Below the pieces are notes generated by a model, which had not been told where the DNA came from, ran no database searches, and saw only the letters and a program-made list of their open reading frames with translations. DNA of 50,839 nt from the NCBI GenBank assembly GCA_900545325.1, contig UQZE01000001.1, positions 1-50,839 on the forward strand. The letters run 5' to 3'. This document shows positions 28,905 to 36,794 of this stretch, piece by piece. Position numbers and translations under genes: made by a program. Source of the DNA: an uncultured Eubacteriales bacterium (GTDB lineage Bacteria; Bacillota; Clostridia; Christensenellales; Borkfalkiaceae). Position 1 is the first letter of the stretch; every line of letters starts with the position of its first letter.

Positions 28905-30749
28905 ATGGTGAAAAAATTGCTCAAAACAATAGCGGTGGCGGCGGTAACGGCGGCTCTGGCGGTAAGCGCGGTCGCGTGCGGCGGCGCGTGGAAGTCGAAC
29001 GTGACGCTGACAAGCCCCGGTCCGCTCGTCAGAAACGGCGGATTCGTCGCGGAAACGGAAAATTACGTTTACTTTATCAACGGCGAGGAAACGTATACCG
29101 AAAACAACAAGCTCGGCACGCCCGTCAAAGGTTCGCTGATGGTTGCGGAAAAGTCCAAGCTTGCCGACGGCGGCGCGGAAGCGCAGACGGTCGTTCCCAA
29201 GCTCTTTGCGGCGGGGGATCTTACCGCGGGCGTATATATCTACGGCGACAAGGTTTACTACGCCACGCCGTCCGTGAAAAAGAACACCAGCGGCGCCGCG
29301 GCAACCGACTATCTGGACGTATGTTCTTCCACGCTCGACGGAAAAACGCACACCACCTATACCACCGTCAAGGGCAACGCCACGAATTACAGATTTGTAC
29401 AGGTCGGCGAGAGCGTGCATTTCGTCTACTATAACAGCGAGGACACCGAACTTATAGATTACAACGTTTCGTCCAAGACCGAAAAAGTCATTGAAGACGA
29501 AGTTTCCGCGGTCAAGTTCGTCGCGAACGAAGCGCTTTCGGGCGCGACCGTGCTGTATACCGTCGTTCCCAAGAACGAAAGCACCAACCAGAGCGAAACC
29601 TACAACGTGCTTTACGGCTATATGCCTTCGAACGACGACGCGTCGAACAAGGGCACGGAGATCGCAAGCGGCAAGGGCAAAGAAAACGCCGAAGTCGGCC
29701 AGCGCGGGCCCGATTCCACCTATGCGGTAACGCTTGCGACGGGCGAATATGTATTCTTTACCAAGACGACGACGCTCGACAGCGAAAAGGTGGAAACCTA
29801 CGGCGCGAAAGTGAGCGATTTGATGTCGTCCAAGACGGAAAACGCCGTCAAATACGAAGACAATACCGATAAAATAGCCGATACCACCCTTTTCACCGAC
29901 CTTAGAACGGCGTATGCGGTGGACGGCGATTACGTGGTGAAATATTCCGACAGCGAGGGAAAAGCCCTTAAAAACAAAGAAACGGTCGCAAAAGTCGGCG
30001 TGAGCAAACTGCTGTTCCTCAACGGGAACGATCTTTATTACATCAGTTCTTCGAGCGAACTTGCGAAAGTGGACGTTTCCGACGCGGAAGCCGAACAGAT
30101 CAGAGTTTCCGAAGGCGCGGTCGTTACCGACTGGTTCGCGCCCGTTGCGGCGGGCGGCTACGTGTTCTATCTCGACGCGCAGACGGACGGGCTGAGCTAC
30201 GTGAATTACGCGGCGCTCGACGGCACCGTCGTCGCGGAGGATACGGACGACGACGAAGAGGACGACCTTTGGTATATCAAAAACACCTATTTCCTCGGCG
30301 AGATGAAAGACGCCGATAAGGTAACGGTGGTTTCTTCTAAGATCAGCGCGCTTTCCACGGACGTAACGCAGATCACTTACGACGCCGAGGAAAAGAAGTT
30401 CGAGCAGGAAGAACAGATCGCGGAAGCGCGCGCGGCGTATAACGGCCTGAGCGACAAGCTGAAGAAAGAAATTTCCAAGGACGAGCTTAAGATACTCGAA
30501 AAGTACGAAAACTATTTGGACGTCAGCAAGGAGCTGAACGAATTGCTCGTATACGGCGGACCGACGGGCGTGGATCACGTTGCCGTTACCGCTGAGAACA
30601 AGGACGAGTTACAGGCGATTATCGACAGCGTAAACGCCAGAATGGAAGAACTCGAGTACACCTCCGCGGATAAGGGAAATCTCCTTAAAAACGGAATGTG
30701 GGCTTTACAGGAAGTGCAGAAGGCCATCGACGAACTCAACGAGGCTTAA
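28905..30749 (+). CDS. lipoprotein with repeated beta-propeller-like (DUF5050-type) blades
   Basis: ORF trimmed to ATG 28905, after CAGGAG. Signal peptide with Cys (ALAVSAVACGG). Recurrent YVYFIN / VYYATP / HFVYYN / YVFFTK / LYYISS / YVFYLD blade-like motifs. Confidence 0.6.
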   Translation: MVKKLLKTIAVAAVTAALAVSAVACGGAWKSNVTLTSPGPLVRNGGFVAETENYVYFINGEETYTENNKLGTPVKGSLMVAEKSKLADGGAEAQTVVPKLFAAGDLTAGVYIYGDKVYYATPSVKKNTSGAAATDYLDVCSSTLDGKTHTTYTTVKGNATNYRFVQVGESVHFVYYNSEDTELIDYNVSSKTEKVIEDEVSAVKFVANEALSGATVLYTVVPKNESTNQSETYNVLYGYMPSNDDASNKGTEIASGKGKENAEVGQRGPDSTYAVTLATGEYVFFTKTTTLDSEKVETYGAKVSDLMSSKTENAVKYEDNTDKIADTTLFTDLRTAYAVDGDYVVKYSDSEGKALKNKETVAKVGVSKLLFLNGNDLYYISSSSELAKVDVSDAEAEQIRVSEGAVVTDWFAPVAAGGYVFYLDAQTDGLSYVNYAALDGTVVAEDTDDDEEDDLWYIKNTYFLGEMKDADKVTVVSSKISALSTDVTQITYDAEEKKFEQEEQIAEARAAYNGLSDKLKKEISKDELKILEKYENYLDVSKELNELLVYGGPTGVDHVAVTAENKDELQAIIDSVNARMEELEYTSADKGNLLKNGMWALQEVQKAIDELNEA

Positions 30750-30767
30750 AACACAAGGCATAGATCG

Positions 30768-30792
30768 GGGCGCTTGCACAAGCGCCCTTTTT
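30768..30792 (+). terminator. intrinsic terminator
   Basis: GGGCGCTTG / CAAGCGCCC stem followed by T5. Confidence 0.75.
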
Positions 30793-30978
30793 GTTTCCTC
30801 CGCGGTCCGTCGGGCCGCGGGCGGGAATATATAATGATTAGTAAATTAAAACAAAAATAATGCTCGAAAAAAAATACGGCGGCGGGTGTAAATCCCGCGG
30901 CTTTACACTGCGGCGCAATCGGTCAACTTTGCGCCGCAGTTTTTTTGACGTTAAATCGCCTTAACGGCAAGTATAAAA

Positions 30979-31144
30979 TTCGACAAGAATTTTAAAAAAC
31001 GTCAGTTTTTGACTATTTATTTTTCCGGTATACAAAACGCCAAAAAAGGATATAATTTAACATATTAAACGGTTTATGCGCCAAAGTTCGTTCCCTTTTG
31101 ATCTTTAAGGCAAAAAAAGTAGAAAAAAGCAAGAAATTTCGACA
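30979..31144 (-). promoter_or_regulatory. two 0A-box heptamers upstream of spo0A
   Basis: TGTCGAA on the minus strand at 30979-30985 and 31138-31144. About six copies of a 7-mer are expected by chance in this window, so the support is modest. Confidence 0.35.
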
Positions 31145-31248
31145 AATATTGTTCAAAAATGCTTTTATTTTTCGGTAAAATGGTGTAAAATAGAATACGG
31201 TTATTTCGCGAAAGAATAATCAAATAAATTTTAAGGAGGATAGTTTCA

Positions 31249-32013
31249 TTGGAGAAGAAATCCATCGTTATCATTCAGGATAACGAAAAGAGGAACATGG
31301 AACTGCAAAAAATCATTGCCGCAACTTCCGATCTGGAAGTCGTCGGCATCGCGACAGACGGAATCGGCGGATATAAGCTGATCGAAGAAAAGAAACCCGA
31401 TTTCGTCGTTTCCGAACTGCTGCTCGCCGGCTTCGACGGGTTCTGTATTCTCGACAAACTGAGATCTTCGGGGCTGGAAACAAAGGTCATACTCGTGAGC
31501 GCGTTCGTCCGCGAAGACATCGTCGCAAAAGCTCTTTCCAAAGGCGCGGCGTTTTTTATCGCGAAACCTTACGCTTACGAAGTGCTTATCGAGCGCATTC
31601 GCGACCTCGACGAAACCAGGGCGGCGCAGAAGGCGCGCGTTTACGGCGAGGGCGTCAGGCGCAACACGCTCGACGAAAAGATAAGCAATATTTTTATAAA
31701 CGTAGGTATACCTCCTCACATCAAAGGGTATGCTTATCTGCGGGAAGGCGTTAAGATGGCCGTGGACAACCCCGACATCATCAACAACATCACCAAAAAA
31801 CTCTATCCCATGATCGGCGAAAGATATTCCACCAGCGCCAGCAAAGTGGAAAGGGCGATCCGCCACGCGATAGAAGTCGCCTGGAACAGAGGGCGCATCG
31901 AAAGCATAAACAATATTTTGGGCGTGAGGGCTTATATCGGCGCCGAAAAACCTACCAACGGGGAATTTATCGCCCTCGTCGCGGATAAAATGCTTTTGGA
32001 AAAAGTGCAGTAA
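31249..32013 (+). CDS. spo0A: sporulation master regulator Spo0A (atypical receiver: Glu at the acceptor site)
   Basis: TTG start 9 nt after AGGAGG. Effector-domain signatures GIPPHIKGYAYLREGV, SASKVERAIRHAIEVAWNRG and KPTNGEFIALVADKM. Confidence 0.85.
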   Translation: MEKKSIVIIQDNEKRNMELQKIIAATSDLEVVGIATDGIGGYKLIEEKKPDFVVSELLLAGFDGFCILDKLRSSGLETKVILVSAFVREDIVAKALSKGAAFFIAKPYAYEVLIERIRDLDETRAAQKARVYGEGVRRNTLDEKISNIFINVGIPPHIKGYAYLREGVKMAVDNPDIINNITKKLYPMIGERYSTSASKVERAIRHAIEVAWNRGRIESINNILGVRAYIGAEKPTNGEFIALVADKMLLEKVQ

Positions 32014-32046
32014 AATAAAAAATTTAAAAAATTATATCAAAAATAG

Positions 32047-32075
32047 TTTACAAATCGGACTTTTATTGCTAAAAT
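32047..32075 (+). promoter_or_regulatory. sigmaA promoter ahead of zinc-ribbon/acidic protein gene
   Basis: TTTACA, 17-nt spacer, TAAAAT. Implies a leader of about 185 nt. Confidence 0.55.
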
Positions 32076-32265
32076 CTTATGCGATACTGAAAAGATGAGC
32101 CGAAAGCCGAAAAAATCGCTGAAAAGTAACTTTTTTTCGCGGCGGCACAATACAATAAGTATACGGACGTATTCCCGATGAAAACGGCGGCTCGATTTTT
32201 GGGGGAGTTAAACCGAGGGAAAGGTTCCGGCAAACAAGGAAAAAACGTAGTAAGAGGATTTGGAT

Positions 32266-32772
32266 ATGGCGGGAGATTATATTAAATGTCCGAGATGCGA
32301 ACTCAATTACATTCATAAGAACCAGGGGTATTGCGATGTATGCAAGGCGGAGCTGAAATTAGGTCCGCAGCTGGTTTTCGCCGTAGAAGAAGATGATGAG
32401 GAACCCATGGAACTTTGCCCCATCTGCAAGCAGAATTACATCAAGGAAGGGGAAGAGATGTGCGCCAAGTGCCGTGAGGAAATGGACTTCAAAAAAGACG
32501 AGATAGACCTCGATAAGGACGAGGAGTGGAAAAATTATCTCGAAGAAGACGCCGACGACTGCGAAGACGACGAGGAGATGCTCTCGCTTTCACGTCTGGC
32601 GGAAGAAGAGGCTGACGAACTCTTCGACGACGAAGAAGACGAAGAAGCGGACGACGTCGGTCCCGACGAACCCGACGACTTTGAAATCCCCGAGATCGAC
32701 GAAAGAGATTTCGAGGAAGAGGACGAAGACGAGGAAGAAGAGGACGAGGACGACGAGTTCGACGATAAATGA
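32266..32772 (+). CDS. double zinc-ribbon protein with polyacidic C-terminal tail
   Basis: ATG 32266 lies 7 nt after AAGAGGA. CPRC..CDVC and CPIC..CAKC pairs, followed by about 95 residues that are mostly Asp/Glu. Confidence 0.6.
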   Translation: MAGDYIKCPRCELNYIHKNQGYCDVCKAELKLGPQLVFAVEEDDEEPMELCPICKQNYIKEGEEMCAKCREEMDFKKDEIDLDKDEEWKNYLEEDADDCEDDEEMLSLSRLAEEEADELFDDEEDEEADDVGPDEPDDFEIPEIDERDFEEEDEDEEEEDEDDEFDDK

Positions 32773-32865
32773 TAAAACGATAACGAAAACGCGCGGTAAT
32801 TACGCGCGTTTTGTCTTTTAAAGGGGAAAAGGTATAAAATCCGCGCCGGGGGCAATTATCGGAGT

Positions 32866-33108
32866 ATGATAAAAAACACCTCGGGCATCAACGATGCGAA
32901 AAAAGCCGTCAACGAATTTGCGGGCAAGGACGTGGAAGTCAAGGTAAACCTCGGCAGGAACAAGGAACTCTGCTACTGCGGCAAACTCACGGGGATCTAC
33001 CCCGCGCTTTTTAAGGTCAGTCCCTTTGAAAAGGACTTCAAGGGCAAAACGTCTTATTCCTATTCGGAATTTCTCTGCGGCACGGTAAAACTGAAATCGC
33101 TCGGCTGA
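32866..33108 (+). CDS. veg: Veg protein
   Basis: 80 aa. VKVNLGRNKE..GKLTGIYPALFKV and TSYSYSEFLCGTVKL parallel B. subtilis Veg (..SYSYADILTETVEL). Confidence 0.8.
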   Translation: MIKNTSGINDAKKAVNEFAGKDVEVKVNLGRNKELCYCGKLTGIYPALFKVSPFEKDFKGKTSYSYSEFLCGTVKLKSLG

Positions 33109-33142
33109 AAAGAGCCGAAAATAAGCGCGCGGGATCGCGCGC

Positions 33143-33352
33143 TTATTCTATGTCGAAAATTTCGTTCGGGCAGGTATCGAGCAGTTTGCATATCGTTATG
33201 ATCTGCCCGTAGCTCAGTTCGTAAACGCCGTTTTCGAAACGGCTGTACTGCTGCTGCGTCATAAAAAGCCTGGCTGCAACTTCTTTTTGCGTGTACCCCT
33301 TGCTTTTTCGCGCCGACTTGATGTTATTTCCCACCGATTTCGCTATTTTCAT
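33143..33352 (-). CDS. XRE-family helix-turn-helix transcriptional regulator
   Basis: 69 aa. IKSARKSKGYTQKEVAARLFMTQQQYSRFENG is a typical HTH_3 motif. Confidence 0.85.
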   Translation of the reverse strand: MKIAKSVGNNIKSARKSKGYTQKEVAARLFMTQQQYSRFENGVYELSYGQIITICKLLDTCPNEIFDIE

Positions 33353-33358
33353 AGAACA

Positions 33359-33414
33359 AACATACCACTTTGTGATGTAAAATGATTGACTTACATCACT
33401 TTATGATGTATAAT
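33359..33414. promoter_or_regulatory. divergent promoter/operator region
   Basis: Inverted repeat GTGATGTAA-N10-TTACATCAC (33372-33399) spans the -35 TTGACT (33386-33391) of the plus-strand promoter, whose TATAAT is at 33409-33414. A third half-site, ATGATGTAT, overlaps that -10. On the minus strand, TGgTATGTT sits 6 nt before the XRE ATG. Confidence 0.55.
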
Positions 33415-33444
33415 TTAATTAAAAAAATACAAAGGAGAGGAAAC

Positions 33445-33609
33445 ATGATCGAACACAGAGTGGTCAGCTGCAAGGAAAAGCGGTCGAAGATCGAAAAGAC
33501 CTGCGACAAAATGGGCAAGGACGACTGGGCTTTCGCGGGGCATTTCAGGAGCAGGTTTTTATTTATCTTCAACAAGCACTATCTCGTATTCACGAGAAAT
33601 TCCAAGTAA
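33445..33609 (+). CDS. small hypothetical protein (54 aa)
   Basis: ATG 33445 follows AAAGGAGAGG. Followed by a strong terminator (GGAGGGGCGCTGCCCCTCC + T-run). Resemblance to DUF4177 is weak. Confidence 0.45.
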   Translation: MIEHRVVSCKEKRSKIEKTCDKMGKDDWAFAGHFRSRFLFIFNKHYLVFTRNSK

Positions 33610-33787
33610 AAACGGAGGGGCGCTGCCCCTCCGTTTTTTTCGCGCCGTTTCGCCCGCGGCCGCGGCGGAGGCGCCGCGCCTCCCGCGGGAGCTTGTTTCA
33701 TAAATTTTGCGCGAATTTGTCATATCTTTCTTTTTCAGGTTATATATTGATACTGTGCAGCGGCAAACCAAAAAAAGGAGATAAAAG

Positions 33788-35308
33788 ATGTTTATTGAAC
33801 CCAAATACGAAGAAATCGTTTATAAAAGCGAAATAAAAAAACTTTTAAGCGAGACCAAGATAGAATGTAAAACCGCGCTTCCGGCGGAAGAAGTCGTCAA
33901 AGTGCTTTCCGTCTCGGCGCAGGCCGTCCTCACGGGGGAAGAGGTAACGGCGGATCAATTCCGTTACAGCGGAAAGGCGCTGTTCTGCGTGGCTTACCTC
34001 GCGGCGGACGGCTCGGTGAAAAAGGCCGAGTGCGGCACGGAATTTTCCAACTCCGTCAAAACCGATTTCGCGGAAAGCGTGTACAGCGAAACTTCGCTTT
34101 CGGTCAAAAAAGCTTCGGCGGAAATAGGCGGCGGCATTCTGGTCGTTCATTCCGTGGTGGGTGCGGAAACGTGCTTTTATACCGACAGGCGCGCAAAGGC
34201 GCTCACGGGCGGCGAAAACCTCATTCTGAAAAAATCCAACGTCAAGATTGTGCGCGAAACCAAGGTGAACAAAGCGGTGTTCCCCCTCGAAGAGGAATTC
34301 GAAGTTCCCTATGCGGTGGGCGACGTCGTTCTGCATACCGCCTGCGCCATGGTAACGGCCTCGCAATGCGGCGTGGGAACGCTCATTTGCGACGGCGAAC
34401 TGATTTTGTCGGTCTGCATGTTGCAAAAAATCGAAAACAGTGATATATTAAAAGAAACGAGATGTCTGCCTTTCCGCTACGAACTCGAAGCCGAGGAAGT
34501 TTCCCCGTCCTTCGCGGCGCAGTGCAAAGCCTCTTTGAAAAATCTCAGCCTCAACATCGCGGTGGACGAAAACACGGGCAAGAGCACCGTTGCCGTTTCT
34601 GCGGACGTGGAAGTGGGCGGCTGCTATTTCCAGGAAAACGAAACGGAATGTTGTTCGGATTGCTATTCCCCGCTCTGCGAGGTTACGCTCAGCCGCAGCG
34701 AATGTTCTTCCTCCTGCCCCGCGGGCGAAAAGACTTTTGAAAAGCGCGTGGGCGGCAGGGGCGCGTTTGCGGGCGCGCTGCCCGCGGGCACGCGCCTGAT
34801 GTGCACCGCGAACGAAAAGGTTACGCTCACTTCGGTGCGCGCCGAAAACGACGTAATCGCCGCGGAGGGCGTGCTGGAGGCGGTCGCGCTGTGCAAGGAC
34901 ATCGAGGGCAAGGTGTTTTCCGCCGAACTCGAAGCGCCCTTCCGCACTTCGCTCGAATACGACGTGGGCGACAACCGCTATTCGGTGGAAGCCGTGGCTT
35001 GCGAGAGCTCGGCGCGCATCGTATCCCCCGAAAGTTTCGATCTGGACGCGCTCGTCAAATTCAGGGTAACGGCGACGAGGACGGCAGGCGTGAGCGTGGT
35101 AGGCGAAGTTGAGGAGGGCGAGGAAAAAAAGCCCGCGGAGTCGGCGATCAGCGTGTATATCCCCATTGAAGGAGAAGAGCTTTGGGACGTGGCGAAACGC
35201 CTCAATTCCTGTCCCGACGCCATCGCCTCGATGAACGCCGACCTCTCTTACCCGCTGAGCGGAAAGGAACGGATCGTAATTTACAGACAGGAAAAGAAAG
35301 AGTATTGA
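33788..35308 (+). CDS. DUF3794 (SPOCS)-type sporulation protein with C-terminal LysM
   Basis: 506 aa. The C-terminal ISVYIPIEGEELWDVAKRLNSCPDAIASMNADL is LysM-like. The N-terminal repeat architecture resembles DUF3794 proteins found next to ispE/veg in Clostridia. Confidence 0.6.
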   Translation: MFIEPKYEEIVYKSEIKKLLSETKIECKTALPAEEVVKVLSVSAQAVLTGEEVTADQFRYSGKALFCVAYLAADGSVKKAECGTEFSNSVKTDFAESVYSETSLSVKKASAEIGGGILVVHSVVGAETCFYTDRRAKALTGGENLILKKSNVKIVRETKVNKAVFPLEEEFEVPYAVGDVVLHTACAMVTASQCGVGTLICDGELILSVCMLQKIENSDILKETRCLPFRYELEAEEVSPSFAAQCKASLKNLSLNIAVDENTGKSTVAVSADVEVGGCYFQENETECCSDCYSPLCEVTLSRSECSSSCPAGEKTFEKRVGGRGAFAGALPAGTRLMCTANEKVTLTSVRAENDVIAAEGVLEAVALCKDIEGKVFSAELEAPFRTSLEYDVGDNRYSVEAVACESSARIVSPESFDLDALVKFRVTATRTAGVSVVGEVEEGEEKKPAESAISVYIPIEGEELWDVAKRLNSCPDAIASMNADLSYPLSGKERIVIYRQEKKEY

Positions 35309-36150
35309 AAGAACGTACGGTAATCGTACCCGCCAAAATCAATCTCACGCTCGATATTCTGGGCGCGGCGGCGGGCTATCACGAAATAGAATCCCTTGCG
35401 GCGTCGATCGATCTGGTCGACGCTGTTACCGTTTGCCTTCAAAGCGAAGGTTTTACCCTCTCGGAAACGGGAATCAGGGCGGATTGTCCCTTCGAAAAGA
35501 ACAACGCCGTGCGCGCGGCGCGCGCTTTTTTCCGGAAGGCGGGGCTGCGCGGAGGCGCTGCCGTTTCTATAGAAAAACATATCCCGCTGGGCGGGGGGCT
35601 GGGCGGTTCTTCCGCGGACGCGGCGGGCGTGATTTCGGCGCTCTGCGCCCTCTGCGGCATGGACGCCGCTTTTGCGGACGAGGTGGCGAAGGAGGTCGGC
35701 AGCGACGTCAATTACATGCTGCGGGGCGGCTACGCCGTCATGCGCGGCAGGGGGGAGCGCGTGGAAAAGATAAACGCGGATACCGTGCTGTATCTCTTGG
35801 TGATCGTTTCCGGCTCCGTCGACACGGGCAGTTGCTACGCCCTTTGCGACGAGCTGAAAATCCCGCCCGTGCGCGGCACGGCGCGGGCGGCGGAATGTCT
35901 TGTGCGGGGCGATATAACGGCGCTCAAAGGCGCGCTGTTCAACGTCATGACCGAGGCGGCGCAAAAGCTCAACGGGCGGATACGGGAAAATCTCGCCGCA
36001 ATAGAGGCCGTCGGCGGCAAGGCGGTGATGAGCGGCAGCGGCGGCACGGTCTTCGGCGTGTTCGGAAGCGAAGGCGCGAGGGACGCGGCGTTTGAAAAGC
36101 TGAGCCAACTCTATGGAGCAAACGTATTGAAAGCGAAAACGCTGCCGTAA
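35305..36150 (+). CDS. ispE: 4-diphosphocytidyl-2-C-methyl-D-erythritol kinase
   Basis: TTG 35305 overlaps the preceding TGA. VPAKINLTLDILG and the GHMP motif IPLGGGLGGSSADAA. Confidence 0.85.
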   Translation: MKERTVIVPAKINLTLDILGAAAGYHEIESLAASIDLVDAVTVCLQSEGFTLSETGIRADCPFEKNNAVRAARAFFRKAGLRGGAAVSIEKHIPLGGGLGGSSADAAGVISALCALCGMDAAFADEVAKEVGSDVNYMLRGGYAVMRGRGERVEKINADTVLYLLVIVSGSVDTGSCYALCDELKIPPVRGTARAAECLVRGDITALKGALFNVMTEAAQKLNGRIRENLAAIEAVGGKAVMSGSGGTVFGVFGSEGARDAAFEKLSQLYGANVLKAKTLP

Positions 36151-36202
36151 AGGCGGAAGATAAAAAGCGCGGAAAATTTTCCGCGCTTTTTTCTTTTTAA
36201 AG

Positions 36203-36231
36203 GTATAAATGAAAGTATTTGCGGCAATAAA
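36203..36231 (+). promoter_or_regulatory. candidate forespore (sigmaF/G-type) promoter of spoIIR
   Basis: GTATA, 15-nt spacer, GGCAATAAA. Close to the GYATA-15-GGnnAnAnT sigmaF pattern. Confidence 0.35.
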
Positions 36232-36259
36232 CGTACTGTCAGAGAACGGAGGAAAGAAA

Positions 36260-36784
36260 ATGAAAAAATTCTGCATAATCTTGATGATATTAACCATAAT
36301 AATCATAGGCTCGGCTGCGTTTATAAAGAATAACGAAACGCATACCGAATATCTGAGGATACATATCCGCGCGGATTCCAACGAGGCCGAAGCGCAGGCA
36401 GTCAAGTACGAAGTAAAGGGGGAAGTCGTGAAAATGCTCACCCCCTACCTTGCGGAATGCCGCACGAAGGCGCAGGCGGAGCAAACGCTCAAAAACCTGC
36501 TCGGGGAGATCGAGAAAACGGCGGACGCAGTCCTGGCGGCGAACGGTTTTTCCTATCGCAGCAAGGCGAGCGTGCGGGAAGAGGAATTCCCCACGCGCGT
36601 CTACGAAGACCTCACCCTTGACGCGGGCTACTACGACGCGCTGATCCTCGAACTCGGTTCGGGGAAAGGCGACAACTGGTGGTGCGTTGTGTACCCTCCC
36701 TTGTGTTTCACGGGCGGGGAGTGCGGATACGTTTACAAAAGCAAGATTCTCGAAATCATCGAGAGTTTCAAAAAGAAAAACTAA
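36260..36784 (+). CDS. spoIIR: stage II sporulation protein R
   Basis: ORF trimmed to MKKF after GGAGG. LRIHIRADSNEAEAQAVKYEV and GDNWWCVVYPPLCF are SpoIIR signatures. Confidence 0.9.
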   Translation: MKKFCIILMILTIIIIGSAAFIKNNETHTEYLRIHIRADSNEAEAQAVKYEVKGEVVKMLTPYLAECRTKAQAEQTLKNLLGEIEKTADAVLAANGFSYRSKASVREEEFPTRVYEDLTLDAGYYDALILELGSGKGDNWWCVVYPPLCFTGGECGYVYKSKILEIIESFKKKN

Positions 36785-36794
36785 CGGAGGAAAG

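Noticed and set aside
28830-30578. Other long antisense ORFs: 28830..30578 (582 aa), 44282..46297 (671 aa), 37459..39003 (514 aa), 4922..6094 (390 aa), 39815..40870 (351 aa), 12140..13147 (335 aa), 3519..4469, 17413..18255, 24577..25464 and 25203..26123.
   Set aside because: Same explanation as above. Each lies opposite a gene with strong family signatures (lipoprotein, pckG, ypeB, gltX, trpB2, yidC, kinase, vWA, ecfA/T). None has a start context or any recognisable domain.
31074-31274. A 66-aa minus-strand ORF in the AT-rich spo0A upstream region.
   Set aside because: AT-rich, Ile/Phe/Asn/Lys-biased translation with no SD. It runs through the spo0A SD and start codon and is most likely spurious.
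32535-32855. A GAA/GAC/GAG-rich repetitive DNA stretch and a 106-aa poly-Ser antisense ORF. Considered as a tandem repeat or CRISPR-like array.
   Set aside because: The periodicity is 3 nt and irregular. It is simply the coding sequence for the polyacidic tail, and the poly-Ser ORF is its complement. There is no repeat-spacer structure.
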